Source of the DNA: Carpediemonas membranifera BICM
Taxonomy: Eukaryota; Protista; Fornicata
Length of the DNA stretch: 64,000 nucleotides
Direction of reading: 5' to 3'
Assembly (NCBI GenBank): GCA_019828565.1
Contig: JAHDYR010000069.1
Coordinates: 248,001-312,000, forward strand
In this document: in pieces, positions 43,901-52,105 of the stretch
How positions within the stretch are numbered: position 1 is the first letter of the stretch
How the letters are laid out: the number at the start of each line of letters is the position of its first letter
The notes under the pieces: model-generated
The model's input: the letters and a program-made list of their open reading frames with translations, nothing else
The model's database searches: none
Told to the model about the DNA's origin: nothing
Made by a program: the position numbers and the translations under genes

Positions 43901-44272
43901 CGAACACTAACACAGATTGCGGTGACGGTCTGGATTATAAGGCTATGGGCGTCATCTTCTCGGGCCTCTGCGAGACGGGGGCCTGGGGTTGCGTTTGTAT
44001 ACTAATCATTTGATTACACAGTTTGATGAGTTCAACCGTATCGAGGCAGAGGTTCTTTCTGTCGTCTCTGCGCAGATCAAGAACATCCAGACTGCTCTCC
44101 AGCAGAACCTGACGCGATTTATCTTTGAGGGCCGGGAGATCAAGCTTGACTCCAAGTGGTACGTCCATCAACGACCAAACTAACACAGTGGCATCTTCAT
44201 CACCATGAACCCCGGCTACGCTGGCCGTACCGAGCTGCCCGACAACCTCAAGGCGCTCTTCCGACCTGTGAC
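37932..44272 (+). CDS. DNAH10: Axonemal dynein heavy chain, DNAH10/I1-alpha-like: N-terminal ~2,080 aa only (tail, linker, AAA1)
   Basis: [39 protein letters not shown] and [10 protein letters not shown]; P-loop [15 protein letters not shown]. Introns 43879-43915, 43993-44021 and 44159-44188 restore VFNC, GAWGC|FDEFNRI and KC|[28 protein letters not shown]. Dynein similarity ends at donor GTTTGT (44273). Confidence 0.9.
43879..43915 (+). other. Spliceosomal intron, 37 nt
   Basis: GTATGT...ACTAACACAG; removal restores dynein VFNC. Confidence 0.95.
43993..44021 (+). other. Spliceosomal intron, 29 nt
   Basis: GTTTGT...ATTACACAG; removal restores WGCFDEFNR. Confidence 0.95.
44159..44188 (+). 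other. Spliceosomal intron, 30 nt
   Basis: GTACGT...ACTAACACAG; removal restores [11 protein letters not shown]. Confidence 0.95.
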
Positions 44273-44486
44273 GTTTGTTCCCTTTTCCAGCTCCTGTCTG
44301 GCGTCTTATGCAGTGATGGTAAGGTATCTCACACAGTGAAACAACAACTATGTAACAACATCAATGGGTGGCTGCTGGGGCGGGGTGGTAGGCTGGGTAT
44401 GCTGTTGGGGCTTATTCCATGCAATAGTAGTGGTTTTTATTAATCCGTGACTCGACTCCACGACACCCTTGTGTCGAATTTCGATC

Positions 44487-44644
44487 ATACTTACCATTGG
44501 AGGCCATATGTCCCTCAAGAACGACGTTGGCGATCTTGGAGTGCTACACGTTTGTGGTTGGTGCACCTAGGTCCTCGCTGGCTGGTCTAAGGCCTGGCGA
44601 GATCCTCTTATTTGTTCCAGCGGAGAAGGCGTTCGCGCCGCTCC
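44487..44644 (+). ncRNA. U1: U1 snRNA
   Basis: 5' end ATACTTACC. Helix H is GAGG(44500-03)/CCTC(44604-07). SL1 (44504-44530) has the 10-nt loop CCTCAAGAAC. SL2 spans ~44532-44573 and SL3 44574-44601. An Sm-like TATTTGT precedes SL4, GGAG-AA-GGCG-TTCG-CGCC-G-CTCC. Length ~158 nt. Confidence 0.9.
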
Positions 44645-45116
44645 TACCCCCCAACTAACAACATCAAATGTCCCTTAAACGCGCTTTAATACTTGTGAAC
44701 AGTCGTCAGACGTAGTCGCTTGCTGTAATGCGGCATTGTTTCCGCTCATTATGAGGGTATTAGCGTGATTGCATAAGTCCAGAGACATACAAGGGCACTC
44801 TTGCTTGGCTGCGGTAAAGTTCCTCATTGGCGCCGCACCTCATCTCAGCAATGCTGTGTGAATCTTCAGTCTTTCAGGCATCACGGAGCTCTGCCCAGCG
44901 ACTCACACCCCGGAGTGACGAAACCTGGTAAAGACGTGTACCTCCTATGCCAACGCTACATCCCTGCATCCGCCATAAACACAATAATCAGCTCGAGGGC
45001 AACACCGCAGAGTCAAGTGAGTCAACTTGCGCCGCAAAGACTCAAGCCCGCAAAGAAACAAAGGGTCCTGAGGACGAAAAGTGATCCTCTAGACTTTGAC
45101 CGTCGTTGACCTGGAT

Positions 45117-45305
45117 GCGGCGGCCAAAATATTTGGCGGCCCAATCACAGGATCGCGTGCGGATCGGGTGGAGTCAAGCGGAGTCGTCAGCATAGCCCCG
45201 GCTGTGGTTGTTCTTTTTTAGGGCTACCGGGCACTCCTCCCCTAGTGCCCGGCCCCGACACGAGGCTGTCCCGGCACCCGAGATAAACGCTGACCCGCGC
45301 TGATT
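45117..45305. repeat. 188/189-bp dispersed repeat, copy 2 (inverted relative to copy 1)
   Basis: Near-identical reverse complement of 18858-19045; ends 72 bp upstream of the receptor ATG. Confidence 0.95.
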
Positions 45306-45377
45306 CGACTCAGATCATGGCCGCAGGATAGCCTTCAAGGTTTGGTTTCCTCACCTGTAAGGTGCTATTGGACGCTG

Positions 45378-48233
45378 ATGCTCCGCCAATGGCTACTGGT
45401 CTTCCTTCTATATGTATTCCTCGCGGAAGGCAAGACCAACGTTTCTATTGCTGCGCCTGTTTCATCCGCAACCTCGAACTTCCAAACGCTTGCAGCGCAG
45501 TTCAACGCTGCTCAGAGCGACATCGAGGTCACTGTGACCCTTATTCCGACGACTGTAGACTACTATCACACCATCAAAGGAGCGCTGGTCCTCGGGGACA
45601 TCACATTCGACGGCATTGCCTTCGGACAAGTTCATCTGCTCGAGATGCTCCTAGCTGGCGTGGACTCCGCCTCGAACTCGGATGAATGGAACCTAGAACC
45701 GCTCACGGCCCGTGTAGCAGCGTCTCCCTTGCTCGACTGGGACGGCATCAACCTCTTCACACGTTCATACGGCACAAACTTCAACAAGGACGTCTACTTG
45801 GTGCCATTTGACGGCGACTACCACCAGCTCTACCTCAGGGAAGACGTGCTGGACTACTACGGCCTGGCTGTGCCACGCTCCATTCCCGAGCTCGTCGAGG
45901 TTGCTCGGGCACTTAGTGCAAGCGATATGGCGGACAACAGCAGTATGCCAGATGTCGCCTTTTGTGTGGGCGATGGCACAAACCTGCAGCGATTCGTCAC
46001 GGACTTTACGATGCCTTTCATCCAATATGCTGGCACGGCCCAAGGAGGGTACTTCACCACTGACGGCATGGTCAATCTGTTCAACAACGCAGGGTTCAAG
46101 GCGGGTGTGGAGGCCTTTAGAGCCATGCTGGACAATGGCTACGAGGACATAGAGATCGCCTCGTCCAGAGAGGCGTTCCTCAACGGAACCTGTGCCATCA
46201 CGATCGACTGGGGCGATCTACTCTTCTCAGCGCCACGCTCGGCGGTCGAGGGGGTAGCAAACCACACTGTGGCCATGGTCATGCCGGGGTCAACTCGAAT
46301 TTATGATCGCGACTCTGGGAGGTCAGACTTGGTCGACTGCACGGCCACACTATGCCCGTTCGCCTCGGCAAACAGCAGAGGTGACCTGGTCAACACAGCA
46401 CCACTTGCAAGCCATGGCGGATGGTCGATCGGTGTTCCCAAGATCGCCTCCCACAAGAATGAAGTCTTCGCATTTCTCGAGTGGGCTGCCTCCCCCGACG
46501 TAATCAACCCAATAACGCTCCAAGGGTCGGGATTTGAACCATTCAGAACTTCTGTGGCCGCCAACACCACTCTATGGGACGTGGCGGGATTGTCGGTCGC
46601 GAGAGATTGGATCATGGATGTGTTGGACACGATATTGACCGCTGGGAACGTCGCGCTTGACATGAGGTTGCCGGGATACAGTGATTATGTCGCTGTAATG
46701 GAACAGAATCTACGATCGTATCTATATGATGGCGAATCCATCGACGTTGCGCTGTCGAATCTGGATCGTGAGGTTGAGGCCGTGACCGATAGATATGGAC
46801 GAGACATGCAACTGCTGTATTATCGCATGAATCTCAACGTGAACCCGCTAACCACCCTCACCCTCGACCGGATTTACGGATTATTCAGCATGGCATGTAT
46901 AATTGCCACTGCCGCGGTAATCATCATCACCACCATTTGTGTGGTTTTCTTTGGATTCATCATGAACGACGGCAACTTTAAGCTCGCCTCGCCCAACTAT
47001 CTGATTCTCGGCAATGTCGGCTGGCTCACCGCCACCGCGGGTGTGGCGTTGTTTGTATGCTCTTTCGTCTGGAGCTCTACTCTGCTGTGCATCAACACGC
47101 TTGTCTTCATCGGCCTGGGCGTCGCTATCGCCCTCGGCTCCCTCTTCGCCAAGCAGGCCCGCATTTACTGGATACTCAGGGCGACCCGGAGCCATAAGAA
47201 GCGGTTCACGGTCCCCAACGACCTTCACCTACTGCCGCTGCTCCTGGCTGGCGTCCCGCTTCCCTGCGGTCTTGTCATCGTGTGGTCGATACTTGATGCT
47301 TTCAAGGAGTCATCAGTCAAGCTCGGCGACTACACCGCGTGTGTAGCATGTCAGTCGACCCACGCCATGCTCTGGGCGATCGCTGTCGGTCTACTCGCAG
47401 TGTTCTATCTTGTCCCCAACGGCCTGCTCGTGTTCAAAACAAGGAACCTTCCGATATCAGAGACACGACTGTTAAGTATCTCTATCCAGATCTCGGCAGT
47501 GATGTGTACCGTCATCGCACTCGTCTACCTCATCGCCGTTGACCCCTTCGTCATGCCTAAGATTGCACCGCCAGTGTTCACAGTCGGTGTGACGCTGATC
47601 CAGGCTGTTACTTTCGTACCGAAGCTCTGGAAAGCTGTGCGTCGACAGCCGCTGTCTAAGAGGGACTTCAGGTTGCTTACAGGCAAGGGTGATCTCTCAC
47701 TGGATGGGTACATCAGATGCCCTCGATGCCACAGCTGTTTCGCTGCATTCGGGAACCAGATCTCGAAGGATGAGGCGGTCGACGGCGGGTTCAATGAATC
47801 TGTGTCTGGTGCCAGATCACATAGGACACGATCTATCAGATCTGCCCTGTCTAGCGCTGTGTCGTCAGCCATCGTCCCCGCCAAAGCATCGCGGGCTGAC
47901 CCTGAAGGAATGCAGCGGTTCCTAGCATCTCCGTACGCCGATATCGAGCTGACCATGCCCGCTCGGCGCCTGAACCCAGACGCAGCTCCGCAAGATCCCA
48001 CCCCGCCCAGTTCACTGCTCGACAATCGGCTGTTACGGAGAGTTTCGGATGCTAGCTCCGTGAACGGGCCGGTTGACAGTGCGACGGAGACGCTGAGCTT
48101 CTCTGAAGAGGACTCGGGCGAGGCGTTCAGGCGCCCACCGCCCGTCTTTGAGGAGGTGGAGGCGGAGGTGCTCTCGTCCGAGCCTGTCGTGTCGAGTGGC
48201 GTCTATTCGTACGACTCGACTGATCCGATGTAA
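45378..48233 (+). CDS. Sugar-type solute-binding protein fused to a class C (7tm_3)-like seven-TM receptor
   Basis: Signal peptide; SBP family-1 motifs (VYLVPFDGDYHQLYLREDVL, AFLNGTCAITIDW, GGWSIGV); 7TM motifs FKLASPNYL, LFAKQARIYWIL and KTRNLPISETR. Confidence 0.8.
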   Translation: MLRQWLLVFLLYVFLAEGKTNVSIAAPVSSATSNFQTLAAQFNAAQSDIEVTVTLIPTTVDYYHTIKGALVLGDITFDGIAFGQVHLLEMLLAGVDSASNSDEWNLEPLTARVAASPLLDWDGINLFTRSYGTNFNKDVYLVPFDGDYHQLYLREDVLDYYGLAVPRSIPELVEVARALSASDMADNSSMPDVAFCVGDGTNLQRFVTDFTMPFIQYAGTAQGGYFTTDGMVNLFNNAGFKAGVEAFRAMLDNGYEDIEIASSREAFLNGTCAITIDWGDLLFSAPRSAVEGVANHTVAMVMPGSTRIYDRDSGRSDLVDCTATLCPFASANSRGDLVNTAPLASHGGWSIGVPKIASHKNEVFAFLEWAASPDVINPITLQGSGFEPFRTSVAANTTLWDVAGLSVARDWIMDVLDTILTAGNVALDMRLPGYSDYVAVMEQNLRSYLYDGESIDVALSNLDREVEAVTDRYGRDMQLLYYRMNLNVNPLTTLTLDRIYGLFSMACIIATAAVIIITTICVVFFGFIMNDGNFKLASPNYLILGNVGWLTATAGVALFVCSFVWSSTLLCINTLVFIGLGVAIALGSLFAKQARIYWILRATRSHKKRFTVPNDLHLLPLLLAGVPLPCGLVIVWSILDAFKESSVKLGDYTACVACQSTHAMLWAIAVGLLAVFYLVPNGLLVFKTRNLPISETRLLSISIQISAVMCTVIALVYLIAVDPFVMPKIAPPVFTVGVTLIQAVTFVPKLWKAVRRQPLSKRDFRLLTGKGDLSLDGYIRCPRCHSCFAAFGNQISKDEAVDGGFNESVSGARSHRTRSIRSALSSAVSSAIVPAKASRADPEGMQRFLASPYADIELTMPARRLNPDAAPQDPTPPSSLLDNRLLRRVSDASSVNGPVDSATETLSFSEEDSGEAFRRPPPVFEEVEAEVLSSEPVVSSGVYSYDSTDPM

Positions 48234-48319
48234 AGTGCACTCGCTCCGGTGTTTAATAAAACGAAAACAGGCAACCGCAGCGTTTTAGAAACAATCATAA
48301 TAATGGCGCAGTTGGGCAG

Positions 48320-49120
48320 TCAGCCTTCGACGGCCTGCGTGGCTACGAAACCCGCCAGAGTACCCGCTGCCTTTCTCTTCTGGCTGACCATGAAGCTGAC
48401 GGGCTTGAACCCGAGCTCATTCTCCTTCTCGGCGATCAGAGTGAATGGCGTCTTGTCGTCTGCGTGGAAGCCTTCTCTCGCAGGATGCGGCGCTGGTACA
48501 AATCCAACTCTTGCCTTGATTGTGGCGTTGACCACCTCAACTGTCGTTTGAAGCTTCTGCGCAGGTTTGCCAAACATTACAAAAACCACCCCCTCCTCCT
48601 TGCGGGCCTCGAGAACCATTCTGATAATGTCCGTCACCACCGGCTTCCAGAACTTCGTGTGCTTGGCGAGGTCGTCGCCTCCACTGAACGTCAGCGCCGT
48701 GTTCAGCCATAGCACGCCTCGCCGGGCAGTCTCGGAGAACCAGGCTGGCGGCTGTGCCATAGAGCTCTTGGCGAGTGCGGCGCGGAGCTCAGGGACCTTT
48801 GTAGAGCTGTCAGCGAGGCCCTGGGAGATGAGGATGGACTTGATGATGTTCCGCAGAGAAGGGCTCATGGGATCGGTCCATTTCTTCACTTTTCCGTCAT
48901 TGAATGCTTGTCCAATGGCGCTTTCCTTGCGTGGATAAGGGTCTTGGCCGAATATGACTATCTTAACGTCTTTTGGGGCCATCTCATTCAGTGCACGGAA
49001 CACAAGGGGGCCTGCAGGGATTACGCCGGGGGCGTCAATGAATTCGTCAACATTTGGCTGCTTTGCCACAATTTCACGGAGCGGGCTCCAGGCTTCTGAG
49101 ATGAAATTGTTTTGGCGCAT
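48320..49120 (-). CDS. UNG: Uracil-DNA glycosylase family 1, divergent
   Basis: VKIVIFGQDPYP, SPSLRNI, GVLWLNTALT, VFVMFG and APHPA. Confidence 0.8.
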   Translation of the reverse strand: MRQNNFISEAWSPLREIVAKQPNVDEFIDAPGVIPAGPLVFRALNEMAPKDVKIVIFGQDPYPRKESAIGQAFNDGKVKKWTDPMSPSLRNIIKSILISQGLADSSTKVPELRAALAKSSMAQPPAWFSETARRGVLWLNTALTFSGGDDLAKHTKFWKPVVTDIIRMVLEARKEEGVVFVMFGKPAQKLQTTVEVVNATIKARVGFVPAPHPAREGFHADDKTPFTLIAEKENELGFKPVSFMVSQKRKAAGTLAGFVATQAVEG

Positions 49121-49528
49121 CCAGTAATGGCTGCGCAGTTTTGTGCAGAGCGGCAGTCGTGGTTGGTTGAAGGGTATATGGGCCGTAGTGGTTCAGTGCA
49201 GCCACTTGACTGGCCCTTTCGATGCGCAGGCGACAAATTCGTTAAACTGCACTTCATCGCTTCCTGTTCGCAGCGATGCCAGGGTCTATTCATGTGAATG
49301 GTCGGTGAAACACGTGTGTTTAACTACAATTACCGCCTCTCGCATCGGTAGATTCTTCCCCTGGATACTGTGGCCATCCCCATGTCAAACTGGCCACTGT
49401 AACGCCATTCTACCAACCATCACATCACACCGCCATGTTCACGTCCCTTCCCTATTCCACAGCCATCTGCTTCTTCACTCCACCGCGTGTGATTGTCCCA
49501 TCGCTGCCGCTGCGAACCCGCTTCAGCA

Positions 49529-49969
49529 ATGAATGCGGAATACATGATAACACCGTCTCCAGCGGGGATAGATCCTCACAGGGACCACACAGCGCGTGTT
49601 CATGGGCAGAAGAAGTCCCACCGGCTTCGCATCTACCTGCCTAACGGCGCCTCGGTTTCTTTGAAAGAAGAAGGGTCAAACGTGCTGGATCTCAAGAACC
49701 AGCTCGTGCAGCACTGGGACGAACTTGGTCTCTCGGAACATGACCTCAGCGAGCTCCCACGGCCGTCAGCTCCCGGGCGGGTCCGTGTGATTTCCAAGGG
49801 GAGGATCCTGCAAGAAGCAGAGCGGCTGGACAGGCACAATTGCCTCGTGGCGCCTTCTACGTCATCACACGAGCTCATACTACACATCAGCGTCCGACCA
49901 AGGGATGTGCCGCCGTCTTCGCACCATCACCGGTCGCACCACCAGCACTCTGGCTGCCACGGGATGTAA
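49529..49969 (+). CDS. Membrane-anchored ubiquitin-fold protein (UBL3/MUB-like)
   Basis: VLDLKNQLVQHW, RVRVISKGRILQ and LHISVRP; C-terminal CHGM CaaX-like motif. Confidence 0.65.
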   Translation: MNAEYMITPSPAGIDPHRDHTARVHGQKKSHRLRIYLPNGASVSLKEEGSNVLDLKNQLVQHWDELGLSEHDLSELPRPSAPGRVRVISKGRILQEAERLDRHNCLVAPSTSSHELILHISVRPRDVPPSSHHHRSHHQHSGCHGM

Positions 49970-50211
49970 TGACATGCAGTAAATTAGTAATTTAAGCGAC
50001 TGGGGGTGATGTGCGCTTTGGTTGGCTTGGTATTTGATTCAAGGGCTATCACTGGCGGGTTAGGTGAGGCTGGGGAAAAGCAAGAGGCCTTGACCGTAAA
50101 CCTGGGACGTGTAGCAGCGTGGCTTGACTCTACTTGTTGCAAGTTCGGTTGGACAATTGTGGATTTGGGTGCAAACCTTGACCACTCCAGACAGCAATAT
50201 AGCCGACGTCG

Positions 50212-51108
50212 ATGAAGGCGCTAATATTGTACAGTTCTTTCACGGGAACGTGTAGGTACTATGCAAACTGCTATAAGACGGCCCTTGAGCAATCGGGTTT
50301 CACAGTTGATAAGCTCAATGCTTCGACACCGGAAACAAGGGCCACTTGCCTCAAAAAGATTGCACCGGCGCATGAATACGATGTCGTGGGCTTTGGAAGT
50401 TCTATAGCGATGGGAGGTTTCCAGAATGGCTTCAAGGACTTCGTCGAGAGAGATTTGAGCGATGACTATCTCCGTGGCAAGCGCGTCTTCACCTTCTGCA
50501 CTGCCAACGCGACGTGTGAGGGTGCGGGTGTCGTCGGCACGAACCTAGTGAAGCGGGGAGGCCAGTTCTTCTACCATGGCTTCTGGCCGTCAACCCTCAA
50601 CTGGCCACCGCTCGCCGGGCAAAAGGGTCTTCTCCTCTCAAAGGCCGACCTCGATATTCCCAGACGCCATGGTGAGGAGCTGGTCCAGCGCCTCGAACAG
50701 GGCGTGGTGACGTCTCCTCCATCAGTCCCGGCGTCTTTTAAGGTTATGTCCCATTTGGGAGTCTCGGCAAAAATGCTCGGAAAACTCGGTCTTGGCCGCG
50801 TAACAGTCGACCCAACCCGGTGCATAGGATGCGGCAAGTGTGTCCGCACGTGCCCTACTGGCGCGATGAGGATGGGCCCCACTCACGTTGCCGAAAAGGG
50901 CGCGGGTTGCCACGGATGCTTTGCCTGCTTCAACGCCTGCCCCAGCCAGGCAATCACTAAGCGTTTTGCAGACCCAGACAAGTGTCCCCAGTTCCAGTTC
51001 AACGACACTTATATCAAGATGGTCCAGACCGCTGACCTGCCCGAGAAAAAGCGGCTTAGCAAGACGGAGTGGGACGCGTTGAAGGCGAGAGTTAAGGCGA
51101 AGAAGTAG
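50212..51108 (+). CDS. Flavodoxin fused to a 2[4Fe-4S] ferredoxin (EFR1-like)
   Basis: LILYSSFTGTCRYYA FMN loop; CIGCGKCVRTCP and CHGCFACFNACP. Confidence 0.85.
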   Translation: MKALILYSSFTGTCRYYANCYKTALEQSGFTVDKLNASTPETRATCLKKIAPAHEYDVVGFGSSIAMGGFQNGFKDFVERDLSDDYLRGKRVFTFCTANATCEGAGVVGTNLVKRGGQFFYHGFWPSTLNWPPLAGQKGLLLSKADLDIPRRHGEELVQRLEQGVVTSPPSVPASFKVMSHLGVSAKMLGKLGLGRVTVDPTRCIGCGKCVRTCPTGAMRMGPTHVAEKGAGCHGCFACFNACPSQAITKRFADPDKCPQFQFNDTYIKMVQTADLPEKKRLSKTEWDALKARVKAKK

Positions 51109-51526
51109 TCGGGTCGTTTAAATGGGCTTTTGTTTCGTGGGGTGCGTAAGAGTCGCGTTTGTCGTTGGATATGTTGTTGGCATGTGGAGTGAAACACAGG
51201 TTGACCCGTCTGGAAGGAGAAAGAAGAAGGCCTATGACCAAGCTCATGAACTACCAAGGCGGGCCAGAGTCGTCTGGCAATGGGGCTGACCCTTGGAATC
51301 CATTCACTCGTTGAGTTCGACCTGATCAGACGGATCCGTCTGTAAGGTAAGGTATAATAACGACAGTACTGTCAATGTGACACGTGGACGGAGCCAGAAA
51401 GCACCTGATGAGTAAACACAACCCTCCTTCAGTTGCGTGAATATGTTGTGTGGCCAGCAAGAGGCTTATCGCCAAAGTGCGGTCATGTGCACTTTATGGC
51501 AAGCATTTTTAGGTCGAGTCAAAATG

Positions 51527-51599
51527 TACGCCTACCGGGATTCGAACCCGGGTCTCCACCTTGGGAAAGTGAAATGCTGAACCTCTACACCACAGGCGT
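51527..51599 (-). tRNA. tRNA-Gly (CCC)
   Basis: Cloverleaf with acceptor stem ACGCCTG/TAGGCGT, anticodon loop TTCCCAA and T-arm CCGGG-TTCGAAT-CCCGG; followed by a TTTT Pol III terminator. Confidence 0.92.
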
Positions 51600-52105
51600 C
51601 TAACGAGGTCAAATTTGCGCAAAATCGAAACGATCGATATTTCCTGAAGTGGGAGGATTATCGCTCAAACTGATCCGAATATGACCGACATTGCCACCTG
51701 CTCGATCTGGGATTAAGAGGATGCATGCAGCTGTTTGTTTGACCAACCAAGGTCGAACCAGACCAGTTGTTTATCCATTCTCTCAGTCAAGCAGCCTGAC
51801 CAAACCCCGACTGGACAGAGTGAAATCGGAGGATATACATACGTTGTAATGAACCATAAACCATCCGAATAAGCGGCTAATAAGAGGCTAACCCGGCGAG
51901 TGACTATATTGTTTTGTATCGAATGGGTGATGAAGCAGGACGCTCAATTGCAGAGTGAATGATGAAATGATGAGAAGAACAGGTAGACCCTATTTGCATG
52001 CCGGACTGATGTCTATGCCTTTTGAGTCCTGGGAACACCGGAGAATACTTTTTTATCACCGTGGAGTAAGACTGTCTCACGCTTGAGGCAAACCAATAAA
52101 TCTCA

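Noticed and set aside
44156-44443. 95-aa ORF as a dynein continuation
   Set aside because: It is out of frame with dynein exon 4, and its distal part has no dynein similarity.
18858-45305. Giant transposon bounded by the two inverted 188-bp copies
   Set aside because: No target-site duplication, no transposase or polymerase inside, and the cargo is housekeeping genes plus U1. Inverting the segment would not supply the missing dynein half.
51327-51411. Palindromes (CAGACGGATCCGTCTG, GACAGTACTGTC) and a hammerhead-like CTGATGA/GAAA
   Set aside because: The core elements are in the wrong spacing with no stems I-III. Isolated palindromes have no other support.
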